From an uncultured Lentisphaerales bacterium (GTDB lineage Bacteria; Verrucomicrobiota; Kiritimatiellia; RFP12; UBA3636): 59,799 bases of DNA. Positions 20,063 through 29,367 of this stretch are shown here, one piece after another. Where the stretch lies: the NCBI GenBank assembly GCA_964553035.1, contig CAZKJH010000002.1:1193-60991 (forward strand), given 5' to 3'. Position 1 is the first letter of the stretch. Every line of letters begins with the position of its first letter. The notes under the pieces are model-generated. The model saw only the letters and a program-made list of their open reading frames with translations, was not told the origin of the DNA and did not search any database. Position numbers and translations under genes: made by a program.

Positions 20063-20798
20063 GGGTTACACCCGATGCAGGACGATTCATACGACGCTCA
20101 GGATCATGTCGGATGAATTCCGGATGTGCCACAAAACTCTCGGGTTTTGCAACAAGATCATCAGCCGTTAAAAAATGACGATCTGGCCCGGCACTCACCA
20201 GCATGGGGATGCCATTCGTCCGATCATAGAAATAAGGTCGTCTCCAACCGTCATTCTGAATAACGTTGATATAAGGGCCATGCCAATCCGTTTCGCCCGG
20301 ATCGGAAATCAAGGCGAGGAGTCCACCGTCGCGATAAGACGGATAGTGGCCGACATCCATCTTATAGTGCTCAAATGCCATGGCGAAAACGGTGAGATCC
20401 TTCTGCGTAAGCTGAACTGGATCTTTTTTGCTCCGCTTAACGATGGAAGAGCTTTTCATCGAGCTTGAGACGACCGCCGTCCCGAGGACGGCAAGCCCAA
20501 CGACAACCATCAGAACAAAGCCTGGTTTTTTTGCCGTATCAAAGACTGGTATTCCACCGATTTTTCGTCGGTCGGTATCCGCCGCTTTCTGAATACGTTC
20601 CACAGCCTTGCGTCGTGCCGCCTTACCGGGCTTTGCATATCCTTCTGGAGGACGCATAGCACGACCGCAAGCAGGACATGCCATCGCTGCTGGCGGCCAT
20701 TCAAAAACGTCCGCACAGTAGGGGCAACGACACTTCGTTCCCTCTCGTAAAGGAAAAAATTGAGCAGAAATTTTCTTTTTTTTTCTAAGGGTCGACAT
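20046..20798 (-). CDS. GspG-like pseudopilin domain protein with N-terminal Zn ribbon and single TM
   Basis: CPYC...CPAC, then a TM helix, then YKMDVGHYP...GLLALISDP...WHGPY...DGWRRPYFY...SAGPD...DD (T2SS-G pattern). Confidence 0.75.
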   Translation of the reverse strand: MSTLRKKKKISAQFFPLREGTKCRCPYCADVFEWPPAAMACPACGRAMRPPEGYAKPGKAARRKAVERIQKAADTDRRKIGGIPVFDTAKKPGFVLMVVVGLAVLGTAVVSSSMKSSSIVKRSKKDPVQLTQKDLTVFAMAFEHYKMDVGHYPSYRDGGLLALISDPGETDWHGPYINVIQNDGWRRPYFYDRTNGIPMLVSAGPDRHFLTADDLVAKPESFVAHPEFIRHDPERRMNRPASGVTLIRGR

Positions 20799-21198
20799 TT
20801 TTCAGTGCCAGTGTATCGAGAGCAATCTTCCGGTAGAAGCAGTTCCGTGGGCAACCCTCTGAATTACTCGTATGGCACATCCCAGATGCCACCGCACCTG
20901 CGACCGGCTTGACAAGGTAAAGTAAAGAATTCTGCTCGCAATTTACATACGCTTCCACGAGCTCAAAACAACATCCGGACGTCGCGCCTTTCTCCCACAA
21001 TGCATTTCGAGAGGTGCTCCACAGGATGAGTCTCTTCGTTCGGAACGCCTCGTACATAGCACGCTCGTTCGTATACGCTAACAGCACAACTTCATGCGTG
21101 TCTATGCGTTGAACCGTTACGGGAATACAACCAGAAAGAGAATCGAGCTTTCTGAAGTCTAGCTTCAACGTTAATCCTTCTTCAATCTCGTTACTCAT
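20785..21198 (-). CDS. hisI: Phosphoribosyl-AMP cyclohydrolase
   Basis: WSTSRNALWEKGATSG, VNCEQNSLL, MCHT...CFYR. Confidence 0.85.
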   Translation of the reverse strand: MSNEIEEGLTLKLDFRKLDSLSGCIPVTVQRIDTHEVVLLAYTNERAMYEAFRTKRLILWSTSRNALWEKGATSGCCFELVEAYVNCEQNSLLYLVKPVAGAVASGMCHTSNSEGCPRNCFYRKIALDTLALKNVDP

Positions 21199-21259
21199 AA
21201 TTGTCCCCGTCTCCACGCGAACCTAAAGTCAAGAAGGCGAACCCTCCGTTCCGCTTTGC

Positions 21260-21421
21260 TTAATCAATCGGATCAAATCCACTCTTGGTGACGCCACAAG
21301 GTGGGCACACCCAGTCATCAGGAAGATCTTCAAAACTCGTTCCCGGCGCAATCCCGTTGTCGGGATCACCTGCAGCAGGGTCGTAAACATAGTCACAGGT
21401 GAGACAGATGTATTTCTTCAT
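21260..21421 (-). CDS. Rubredoxin (53 aa; not in ORF track)
   Basis: Manual translation [53 protein letters not shown]; AAGGAG RBS. Confidence 0.96.
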   Translation of the reverse strand: MKKYICLTCDYVYDPAAGDPDNGIAPGTSFEDLPDDWVCPPCGVTKSGFDPID

Positions 21422-21578
21422 TTCTTATCTCCTTAAGTTTATATTTTGTATCGCAAAAATGGCCTCAATACTACCATTTTCCAGAACAAAAGGTCAAGCT
21501 TTTGGTGCTAAAAAATACGGATCAAAAAATACGGCTCTCGATACAAAATTGACCGAATCGCACTGCGGACAGAGAACC

Positions 21579-22310
21579 TCACTCCTCACCCGCCGCGCCA
21601 AGTGCCGGTGCCATGCCCGGTTCAAAATGCGGGTCCCACTGCACGTCGCTGATGGACGCGCGTAGCACAGGAGCCACATGACCATCCACAAAAACAATAT
21701 TAACGCGTCCGCGGTGCCTGAAATTTGCTGAAGATGCATCGACGGTTTTAGAAGACTTATTCAAGGACTCTGAAAAAACAACAAACAGATCCGCATGCTT
21801 TACCTGAGATAACCGCATCGGAGTACTGAGCGAGACATCTTTTTTCGCCGCGTTAATCCAGTAATTCATGGCGTATGAAAGCGCAAATGATGTTTGGCTG
21901 GCACCTGTATAGTTGGCTAACAATTCGGGTTCAATACGTTGACTCGGACAGATGTAAAGGCTTTTACCCATGCCTGGGCAAGGAGCCTTCCCATTAGCTT
22001 TAAGCACAGAAAAAGGATCCGCTCCTATATATTGCGGTAGCACGTTGTACCAAGCCCTTCCTTCGTCTCCGCTCGTTCCATCGGAGGGGAAAACACCACG
22101 CTTTTCGTCCAAATACATGCCCATCGCAGCTCCCCATTGACGCATGTTGTTCGCACAAGCGGTTTCTTTGCCTTTTTCTCGGAGCACCTCCACCACGGGA
22201 AAAGCAAGACCCGCGAGCACCCCGATAATGCCAATAACCACTATCAACTCCACGAGCGAGAACGCTTCTCGATTATAAAAATGATTTCTAATGGAAGATA
22301 TTTGATGCAT
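21579..22310 (-). CDS. Prepilin-type N-terminal cleavage/methylation protein with H-X9-DG motif (DUF1559-like)
   Basis: A|FSLVELIVVIGIIGVLAG, CANNMRQ, YICPS, HRGRVNIVFVDGHV. Confidence 0.9.
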   Translation of the reverse strand: MHQISSIRNHFYNREAFSLVELIVVIGIIGVLAGLAFPVVEVLREKGKETACANNMRQWGAAMGMYLDEKRGVFPSDGTSGDEGRAWYNVLPQYIGADPFSVLKANGKAPCPGMGKSLYICPSQRIEPELLANYTGASQTSFALSYAMNYWINAAKKDVSLSTPMRLSQVKHADLFVVFSESLNKSSKTVDASSANFRHRGRVNIVFVDGHVAPVLRASISDVQWDPHFEPGMAPALGAAGEE

Positions 22311-22398
22311 AGTAAATCTCCTTGAGAGTTGGTCTGTTTTAGCCGTTACTCATAAAGATGAAATTGTACCACAAAAAAGCTAACCCTGAAAAGCCCAA

Positions 22399-23142
22399 TC
22401 AGAGAAGATGTTGCCCACTATCCACATAAAGAACCTGCCCCGTCACGGTCACAGCTCTGGCAAGATAAATCACGGCATCAGCGACATCAGAGGGAATGCA
22501 ACGCACCGCCAGCGGCATCGGGCCAGCATACTCCATCAGTTCGGGGGACACTGGAGGTATTACAGGCCCTGGCGCAACGGCATTCACCGTAATTCTAGGT
22601 GCCAGTTCAAGTGCTCCACCCAGCGTAAACGCCTCTAGGCTTTTCTTCGACAGCCAATACGGAAGATGCCCTTTTTCGGGTTTAACAATGCGCCGATCCA
22701 GAATATTGACAACACGTCCGCAATAGTCGTCCGGCAAGATCTCGCTTTCAATGGCAAGCGAGGCAAGCGTTTTCGCCATGATGATCGGCGCAAGGGCATT
22801 GACATGCCACATTTCCTCAATATCCTCCACCGCCGACTCTTCAAGGGTGAGACGGGAGAAAATCGAGGCATTATTGATAAGGATGTCAATCCATCCAGCG
22901 AGCTCCCACGCCGTGCGCATCACAACTTCCGCTGCATAAATGTTCGAAAGATCGCCGCAGACCAGCCACGATTGTCGCCCCATATCTCGGATCTCATCAA
23001 CCAGTAACTCGGCCTCGGACCCCGAATCGCGATAATGCACAACAACATCACAGCCTTCGCGCGCAAGTGCCAGCGCAATTTCTCGTCCCAGTCTAACCGC
23101 TCCCCCCGTCACAAGGGCTACCTTATCTCCCAGCAAATTCAT
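22399..23142 (-). CDS. SDR oxidoreductase, pteridine reductase/FolM-like
   Basis: TGGAVRLG, VVVHYR, NNASIF, YWLSK, VNAVAPG. Confidence 0.88.
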   Translation of the reverse strand: MNLLGDKVALVTGGAVRLGREIALALAREGCDVVVHYRDSGSEAELLVDEIRDMGRQSWLVCGDLSNIYAAEVVMRTAWELAGWIDILINNASIFSRLTLEESAVEDIEEMWHVNALAPIIMAKTLASLAIESEILPDDYCGRVVNILDRRIVKPEKGHLPYWLSKKSLEAFTLGGALELAPRITVNAVAPGPVIPPVSPELMEYAGPMPLAVRCIPSDVADAVIYLARAVTVTGQVLYVDSGQHLL

Positions 23143-23160
23143 ATCTCACTCCTTTTCTAC

Positions 23161-23272
23161 CAACTCACAAATCACGGTCCCAAATTCTTAATTCATAATT
23201 CGTAATTCGTAATTCATAATTCGTAATTAGTAATTCGCAACTCACAACTCCCCACTCGCTACTCGCAACTCT
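23161..23272. repeat. Heptamer tandem repeat array (TAATTCG/CAACTCA-type, about 16 units)
   Basis: caactca caaatca ... taattca taattcg taattcg taattca taattcg taattag taattcg caactca caactcc ccactcg ctactcg caactct. Confidence 0.85.
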
Positions 23273-23278
23273 CTTCTC

Positions 23279-24631
23279 CTACTCTTCCCACGCCGCCCCG
23301 ATCGCCTCCACCGCAGCATACAGCCTGCCCGTATCAAATGCCAAATCTAAAACCGTGTACCGCGAACGAATCATTTGCGCCGCAATCGCCGATGCCGCAC
23401 ACCGAGTAGAATTCACACCAATCTCTCGCGGATGAATCGGACACCCTGCCACACGAAACATCTCACGCATGCGCGTAAAACTCATGATCTGACGCTCCAC
23501 CTTTGCCTTCATTTCCTCCCACGAAGAAGCAATCTTCTCCAGTCGTGCCAGCAGTGCGTCACCCTCAAGATACTTTGCCTTCGATTCGGCAATGACCTTC
23601 TCTCCACAGACATTGTCCCCGAACAGCTTCCGAATCATGCTCTCACGTTCAGACCATGAGGGATAGCGATTCACAGCCTCGGCTATGTCGGAAGACCTAA
23701 AGTCATCCGAAAACAAACTCTCCATCGCCGCAATCGAAGCAAGTGAGCCGATGGCCACCTTGAATCCGTGCGAAGGCTCTGTTCCGTCCGGCCGCTTCAC
23801 ACCAGACATCTCCCAGAGATGCGAGAACATGTGCTCACAACCGGACGCTGGACGCGATGAATTCGCCGCCTGCATCGCAAGACCAGAAAGTGTAAGCCCT
23901 TCAAAAAGATCAGAAAATGCCGACCGTTCCCCGTTCTTCAACTCGTATGGATGATTAATCCAACTCTCCAGCGGACTTTGAACCATAGCCCAAGGCACAT
24001 CAAGAATCGGTTCGTTTCCTGCACCCAGAACATCCGCAATGATCCAGTCCGCTCCAGCGGGCACCTTAGCCACTAAGTCTGCATAGCCTGATGCCGTCAG
24101 CTCGTATGGCGCACGCTGCAACACAGCGAGATCCGCCACAATACCAAGCGGCGCAGAACACGGAACCGTCTTCTTAAATCCATCGACCGTCATCGGCGCA
24201 CCCGAAGACGCATAGCCATCCACAGATGCAGCAGTGGCCACACACAGGTATCCGCATCCCAAGCGGAAGGATGCCACCTTGCAGATGTCGTTGATCGACC
24301 CCGCGCCCACGGCAACCGCAATGGCATCCTGCTCCTTGAGATAAGCCATGACCTTTTCAACAGAAACCAAATCGACATGCGGCGGCTTGTCGAAAATGAA
24401 GGGCGTAACGATCTCTACCCCCTGAGCCCGCAAGGCTGCATAAACCTCGCGACCCGCGGCGGCAAGTGTATTGCCATCGGCAATCAAGCAAGCCTTAGAA
24501 CCGGGAAACAATGCAGTAAACATCTTCGGAACCCGCTCCAACATCGCCTCGCCAAGCCAAAAAAACTTGGTTTCAGTAGCACTCAAAAGCGCTCTTTCAA
24601 TTCTCTCTGTCATCATTGCATGGCTCATCAT
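23279..24631 (-). CDS. sn-glycerol-1-phosphate dehydrogenase family (AraM/EgsA-like)
   Basis: AVGAGSINDICK, TAASVDGYAS, SGYADL, SSRPASGCEH, HGFKV. Exact start among several Met codons is uncertain. Confidence 0.88.
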   Translation of the reverse strand: MMSHAMMTERIERALLSATETKFFWLGEAMLERVPKMFTALFPGSKACLIADGNTLAAAGREVYAALRAQGVEIVTPFIFDKPPHVDLVSVEKVMAYLKEQDAIAVAVGAGSINDICKVASFRLGCGYLCVATAASVDGYASSGAPMTVDGFKKTVPCSAPLGIVADLAVLQRAPYELTASGYADLVAKVPAGADWIIADVLGAGNEPILDVPWAMVQSPLESWINHPYELKNGERSAFSDLFEGLTLSGLAMQAANSSRPASGCEHMFSHLWEMSGVKRPDGTEPSHGFKVAIGSLASIAAMESLFSDDFRSSDIAEAVNRYPSWSERESMIRKLFGDNVCGEKVIAESKAKYLEGDALLARLEKIASSWEEMKAKVERQIMSFTRMREMFRVAGCPIHPREIGVNSTRCAASAIAAQMIRSRYTVLDLAFDTGRLYAAVEAIGAAWEE

Positions 24632-24815
24632 TTAACCCTAAGTTTTTCATTCTTCTGGCAGCAAAAATAATTGGTATTCGAGTATAGCAGACCCCTTTTG
24701 CACTCGCAACAGGATTCCAAACAGGATTCCCCTCCACCCAGCCGCTCCAAACGCTTGCGGGTAAACCCCATAAACGGTACAATACCAACCCTATTCGCAT
24801 AACACACCGATTACC

Positions 24816-25556
24816 ATGATCGAAATACGAAATCTCACCAAACTTTTTGCAGGCCATTTCGCCTTGCAAGACATCACGTTCTCCGCCTCCCCGGGCGAAA
24901 GGATCGCGGTTATCGGCTGCAATGGAGCCGGCAAATCAACCTTGCTGAAAATTCTCTCAACCTATCTACCGGCAACATCAGGCTTTGTCTCCATCGATGA
25001 AAACGATCTGCTCTACGACTCCAATGCCATCCGTAAAATCACGGGGTATTTACCCGAGAACGCACCCCTCTATCTCGATATGCGCGTGGCAGAGTACCTC
25101 AAATTCCGCGGAGCACTGCGTCGCATGAAGCGACTGCACCTCAACCGCCGATTCCACGAAGTGATGGCGTTCTGCGATCTGGCTCCCTACCGCGATGACA
25201 CAATCAATACGCTCTCTTACGGACTCCGTCACCGAGTAGGAATCGCCGATGCCATCCTTCATGAGCCATCAGTCCTCCTGCTCGACGACCCCATCGCCTC
25301 GTGCGACCCCTACCAAGCAGAAAAGATTACCGGACTGCTCTCGTCAGACAAACTCTGCGAAAATCGTACCCTGATATTCACCACTCATTCACGGGAAACG
25401 GTGCAGGCCATCGCCACGCGAATCATCTTTTTGGAACGTGGATGCGTTTGTGCTGACACCACGGACATCGCCTGCCTAAAAAACAACACGCTGCAAGCGA
25501 TGTTCGGAAAATGGCAGAATACAAACACCCCTGAATCGGAGGCAACAGACAAATGA
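24816..25556 (+). CDS. ABC transporter ATP-binding protein (GldA-like)
   Basis: Walker A GCNGAGKST, GYLPENAPLY, LSYG signature, atypical Walker B LLLDD. Confidence 0.88.
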   Translation: MIEIRNLTKLFAGHFALQDITFSASPGERIAVIGCNGAGKSTLLKILSTYLPATSGFVSIDENDLLYDSNAIRKITGYLPENAPLYLDMRVAEYLKFRGALRRMKRLHLNRRFHEVMAFCDLAPYRDDTINTLSYGLRHRVGIADAILHEPSVLLLDDPIASCDPYQAEKITGLLSSDKLCENRTLIFTTHSRETVQAIATRIIFLERGCVCADTTDIACLKNNTLQAMFGKWQNTNTPESEATDK

Positions 25557-26278
25557 ACCCAGCATTAACAATCTGGCGCAAAGAGTGCCGGTCGTTCTTA
25601 CGCACTCCAATTGCTTGGTGTGTGTTCGCAGGATTCACCTCGGTTTGCGGTGTTCTCTTTACAGCGGCACTTCGCCAGGCGAACGGTTCTACCGACTCGC
25701 TACCTGCTATACTCTGCACCCAAATGATTCTCGCACTTTGTGTCCCCATTGCCCTGTTTACCATGAGCCTGTTTTCAAGTGAAAAAGAAACGGGTACGAT
25801 CGAAACACTCATGACCGCACCCGTCACCGATGCACAAGTTGTGCTTGGCAAGTTTGCCGCCGCCTATACCCTCGTCAGCATATCGCTTGTGATCGCCTTC
25901 TCCGTTTTTCCGGTATACCTCAAACTTGCCACGCCGCCGCCGGCTTACAGTCCTTTGTCACTCTACATTGGGATGGCGACTGTTGCTCTTTGCGCCGCCA
26001 CTGGCTGTGCATTGGGAACGCTCATCTCCTTGCTTTCCCACCAGCAAGCACCCGCCGCCATCGCGACCCTACTTCTCACATTCGCTTCGGCTGCCGCATT
26101 CACCGACTCCATCCCCGGCTTCAACGGGATCGGATTCATCAAAGCCCTTAACGTCGCCGACTTCGCTCGCGGAACAGCCGACACACGCATCGTCTTCGCG
26201 GCAATATCAACGTTGATCTTCCTCTTATTCGTTGCTATCCGTATTTTAGAATCTCGCCGCTGGTCTTCCGTAAAATGA
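25553..26278 (+). CDS. ABC-2 type permease (GldF-like)
   Basis: IWRKECRSFL.TPIAW, EKETGTIETLMTAPVTDAQVVLGKF, LESRRW. Confidence 0.88.
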   Translation: MNPALTIWRKECRSFLRTPIAWCVFAGFTSVCGVLFTAALRQANGSTDSLPAILCTQMILALCVPIALFTMSLFSSEKETGTIETLMTAPVTDAQVVLGKFAAAYTLVSISLVIAFSVFPVYLKLATPPPAYSPLSLYIGMATVALCAATGCALGTLISLLSHQQAPAAIATLLLTFASAAAFTDSIPGFNGIGFIKALNVADFARGTADTRIVFAAISTLIFLLFVAIRILESRRWSSVK

Positions 26279-27192
26279 ACAGAAACCGACTCACTACCCT
26301 CATTCTCGCCTTCGTACTGCTCCTCTCGTTTGTGACCGTACTCCTTGTCCAAACCCAGCAACGTCGTGGCAGAGTCAAGACTCTGCCCCACCTCAAGGAG
26401 GCCCCACACCCACGCATCGTTTCGCTTGTGCCGTCGGTTACCGAAACGCTCTTCATGCTGGGTCTCGGTAACCATGTTATCGCGCGCTCAAACTACTGCG
26501 ACTATCCACCCATCGTCACCAACCTCCCTGCCCTAGGCTCGCTCGGCAACGTCAACATCGAAGCAATCGCTCGTCTCAAGCCGGACTACGTGATTCTCTC
26601 CGATGCACAAGCGCAATCCAAAGTCCATACTGCGCTGGCGAAACTAAAGATCAACCACCTCGGCGTTCCCGCATCCTCGCTCAACGATATCTACCAAAGC
26701 GTTTGGGATCTTGCCGAACGTTTTGATGCAAATCCGAATGCAGAGATCTGGCTAGAGCGCATGAACGTCTTGAATGAGAAGGTCAAAGCCAACGCGCCAA
26801 AAAATGCACCGCGCATTCTCGTCTGCGCTGGACGCGATGTCAATGCCTTTGACCGACTCTACATCTCTGGCAAGAACAATTTTTATGAGGGCGTCGTCAA
26901 GCTTGTGGGTGGAAAAAACGCCTATTCAGGAGACCTTCCCTACCCCATGATCTCGCTCGAGGGCGTTGTGCAGATGAATCCAGATATCGTCATCGATGTG
27001 GTGATCGGTGGAAGTGACGAAGACGTCTTTAATGCGCTGTTTCAGTGGGGAAACCTCGCTACTGTCAACGCCATTAAAACGGGCGATGTACACATTCTTA
27101 CCGAAACGTGGGCCGTGCGGCCGGGGCCGCGCATTGATATGCTGATCAAAACCGTTGCGGATTATGTCGCTGAGTGGGAGGCCAGAAAATGA
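26275..27192 (+). CDS. Helical-backbone metal/cobalamin-binding protein (BtuF-like)
   Basis: RIVSLVPSVTETLF.LG, YCDYP, NIEAI..LKPD, RPGPR; N-terminal anchor. Confidence 0.88.
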   Translation: MNRNRLTTLILAFVLLLSFVTVLLVQTQQRRGRVKTLPHLKEAPHPRIVSLVPSVTETLFMLGLGNHVIARSNYCDYPPIVTNLPALGSLGNVNIEAIARLKPDYVILSDAQAQSKVHTALAKLKINHLGVPASSLNDIYQSVWDLAERFDANPNAEIWLERMNVLNEKVKANAPKNAPRILVCAGRDVNAFDRLYISGKNNFYEGVVKLVGGKNAYSGDLPYPMISLEGVVQMNPDIVIDVVIGGSDEDVFNALFQWGNLATVNAIKTGDVHILTETWAVRPGPRIDMLIKTVADYVAEWEARK

Positions 27193-27980
27193 TCATAGAC
27201 TTTCATACCCACTGCTTTCCCGATGCCCTCGCGGAACGAGTCGTTCCAGCACTGGCTAAGGAGGCGAACATCAAAGCATTTTGCCCCGGGACTGTATCGG
27301 GGCTATGCGCCTCCATGAGGCATGCTGGCGTTGACTATTCCGTCATGCTACAGATTGCAACAAAGCCTTCGCAAAACCATTCTGTCAACACCTGGGCAAT
27401 CGAACGAAACGAGCCTGGCATTATCCCATTCGGTAGCGTACATCCTCTCGGAGAAGATTGGAGCGACGAACTTGATCGCCTCGCCACAGCAGGCATCAAA
27501 GGGATTAAACTCCATCCAGAATACCAGCAGTTCTATGTCGATGCTGATTTCATGCTCCCGATCTACACACGTATTCGAGAACTCGGTTTCATCGTCCTCT
27601 TCCATGCTGGCATCGATGTCGGTATAGCACCACCTGTTCATGGCACCCCCCAGCATTTTGCTAACATCCTCGACCTTTTACCCAAAGGACGCACCGTACT
27701 CGCACACATGGGAGGCTGGAAATCTTGGGATGACGTTGAGAACCTGCTCGTCGGCTCGCATCTGCTGTTCGACACCTCCTTCTCCAGCGAGTTCATGACC
27801 CAAGAGCAGATCCGGCGCATGATCGAAAATCATGGTGCAACTAAAATCCTCATGGGCAGCGATTCGCCCTGGGCAGACCAAGCATGCACTATCGATGAGA
27901 TCAAACAACTTGGCTTATCAAATGCCGACGAACAGGCTATTCTTGGCGGAAACGCCGCACGTATTTTGAACCTAAACTAA
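27189..27980 (+). CDS. Amidohydrolase_2 family protein
   Basis: IIDFHTH, GIKLHP, LFHAG, LAHMGG, GSDSPW, GGNAARIL. Confidence 0.9.
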   Translation: MIIDFHTHCFPDALAERVVPALAKEANIKAFCPGTVSGLCASMRHAGVDYSVMLQIATKPSQNHSVNTWAIERNEPGIIPFGSVHPLGEDWSDELDRLATAGIKGIKLHPEYQQFYVDADFMLPIYTRIRELGFIVLFHAGIDVGIAPPVHGTPQHFANILDLLPKGRTVLAHMGGWKSWDDVENLLVGSHLLFDTSFSSEFMTQEQIRRMIENHGATKILMGSDSPWADQACTIDEIKQLGLSNADEQAILGGNAARILNLN

Positions 27981-27992
27981 AGGAAACACACC

Positions 27993-28502
27993 ATGCAAAT
28001 GAACCTACAGCCCTCCTCCTTATCCATGCACCCTTTCACAGATTTCGATAAACGCTGGATGATTCTGAGTGCGGGTGATTTCGCCAACGGCGACTGGAAC
28101 TGCATGACAGTTTCCTGGGGCTTCATTGGAACGATGTGGAGTCTTCCGGTTGCTCAGACCGTGGTTCGCCCACAACGCTATACCCGTGAGTTCTTAGACA
28201 AGTATGACACCTTTACGCTCTGCGCCTTCCCGGAGGAATACCGCAAGGCGATGGCACTGATAGGGTCGAAGAGCGGACGCGACGGCAACAAGGTGGCAGA
28301 GTCAGGACTCCGCCCTGTGGCTTCTACAAACGTCGCGGCACCCTCCTTTGCAGAAGCCAACATGATCCTCGAATGCCGCAAAATCTTTCGCCAGCCGATG
28401 ACACCAGAGGCGCTACTAGACCCACGCGCTACCAGCGCCTATCCAACCAACGACTACCACATCGCCTACATTGGCGAAGTCGTTGCCGTTCATAAAGCCT
28501 GA
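27993..28502 (+). CDS. Flavin reductase-like (flavoredoxin) protein
   Basis: NCMTVSWG, VRPQRYT, GSKSGRD..K, ECRKI, YHIAYIGEV. Confidence 0.88.
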   Translation: MQMNLQPSSLSMHPFTDFDKRWMILSAGDFANGDWNCMTVSWGFIGTMWSLPVAQTVVRPQRYTREFLDKYDTFTLCAFPEEYRKAMALIGSKSGRDGNKVAESGLRPVASTNVAAPSFAEANMILECRKIFRQPMTPEALLDPRATSAYPTNDYHIAYIGEVVAVHKA

Positions 28503-29239
28503 ATGGGCTCAACAGGATCCTTCTCGTGTGGGCAACTAGGAGCTGCAACGACGCCGTTTACCGGCGTGGCCCACCGGATGCCGTTTTCGATAACCCGCTG
28601 CACATTCACATCGTGGTAGATTGGATAGGTTTCGTGTCCGGGTGAAAAATAAAAAATCTTGCCTAGACCGCGCGCGAGTGTGACACCGCTGCGGAATACG
28701 TTGCCACCGGCATACCACGACATGAAGACAATGTGCGCCTCATTCGGAATGCCGAACGGTTCGCCATACATTTCCGTCTGTTCAAGAGCAAATGAGGCCG
28801 GAATGCCAACGGCAATCGGATGTGAAGGATCACACGTCCAAACACGCTCTCTTTCACCGATCGCTCGCCAGTTGAGCGTGCAACCCGTACCCAGCATTCG
28901 ACGGAAAATTTTGGCCAGGTGCCCTGAGTGAAGAACGATGAGCCCCATGCCACCAAGGACACGCGCCTGAATTTTGTCCACAAGGGCATCAGGCACCTGA
29001 TCATGCGCTCTGTGCCCCCACCAGACGAGAACATCGGTCGAATTCAAAACTTTATCAGGAAGACCATTCTCTGGCATGTCAAGAGAAACAGCTCGAATCT
29101 TGCAATCCTTCATCGAAGTGCCAAGCACTTTCTTCAGATAAGCGTGAATGCCTTTCGGATAGTGTTTGCGGCACCGCTCACCATATTCAGTGTCAGATTG
29201 CTCATGAATGAATTCATTCCAGATGGTAACATTAGCCAT
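28490..29239 (-). CDS. ThuA-like (trehalose utilization) protein
   Basis: VTIWNE..HE, DVLVWWGH, GLIVLHSGH, EMYGEPF, FRSG, PGHETYP. Confidence 0.92.
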   Translation of the reverse strand: MANVTIWNEFIHEQSDTEYGERCRKHYPKGIHAYLKKVLGTSMKDCKIRAVSLDMPENGLPDKVLNSTDVLVWWGHRAHDQVPDALVDKIQARVLGGMGLIVLHSGHLAKIFRRMLGTGCTLNWRAIGERERVWTCDPSHPIAVGIPASFALEQTEMYGEPFGIPNEAHIVFMSWYAGGNVFRSGVTLARGLGKIFYFSPGHETYPIYHDVNVQRVIENGIRWATPVNGVVAAPSCPHEKDPVEPIQAL

Positions 29240-29367
29240 TGTGATCTCCTAGTTTTGTGGGTCTGAAAGGCCAAATACCGCCTCTCAAATTCAATGCTCT
29301 TCAGTCTAACACTTTAAGTAGTAGCCTTGCCAGAAACTACCGGTTTGGGTGAGGTAGACGCTGTTCG

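Noticed and set aside
23161-23272. Possible CRISPR array
   Set aside because: Contiguous 7-bp units with no spacers and no cas genes; no CRISPR array was seen anywhere in the window.
24708-24730. Direct repeat AACAGGATTCC x2 in a divergent promoter region
   Set aside because: It could be a regulator site, but there are only two copies and no further support.
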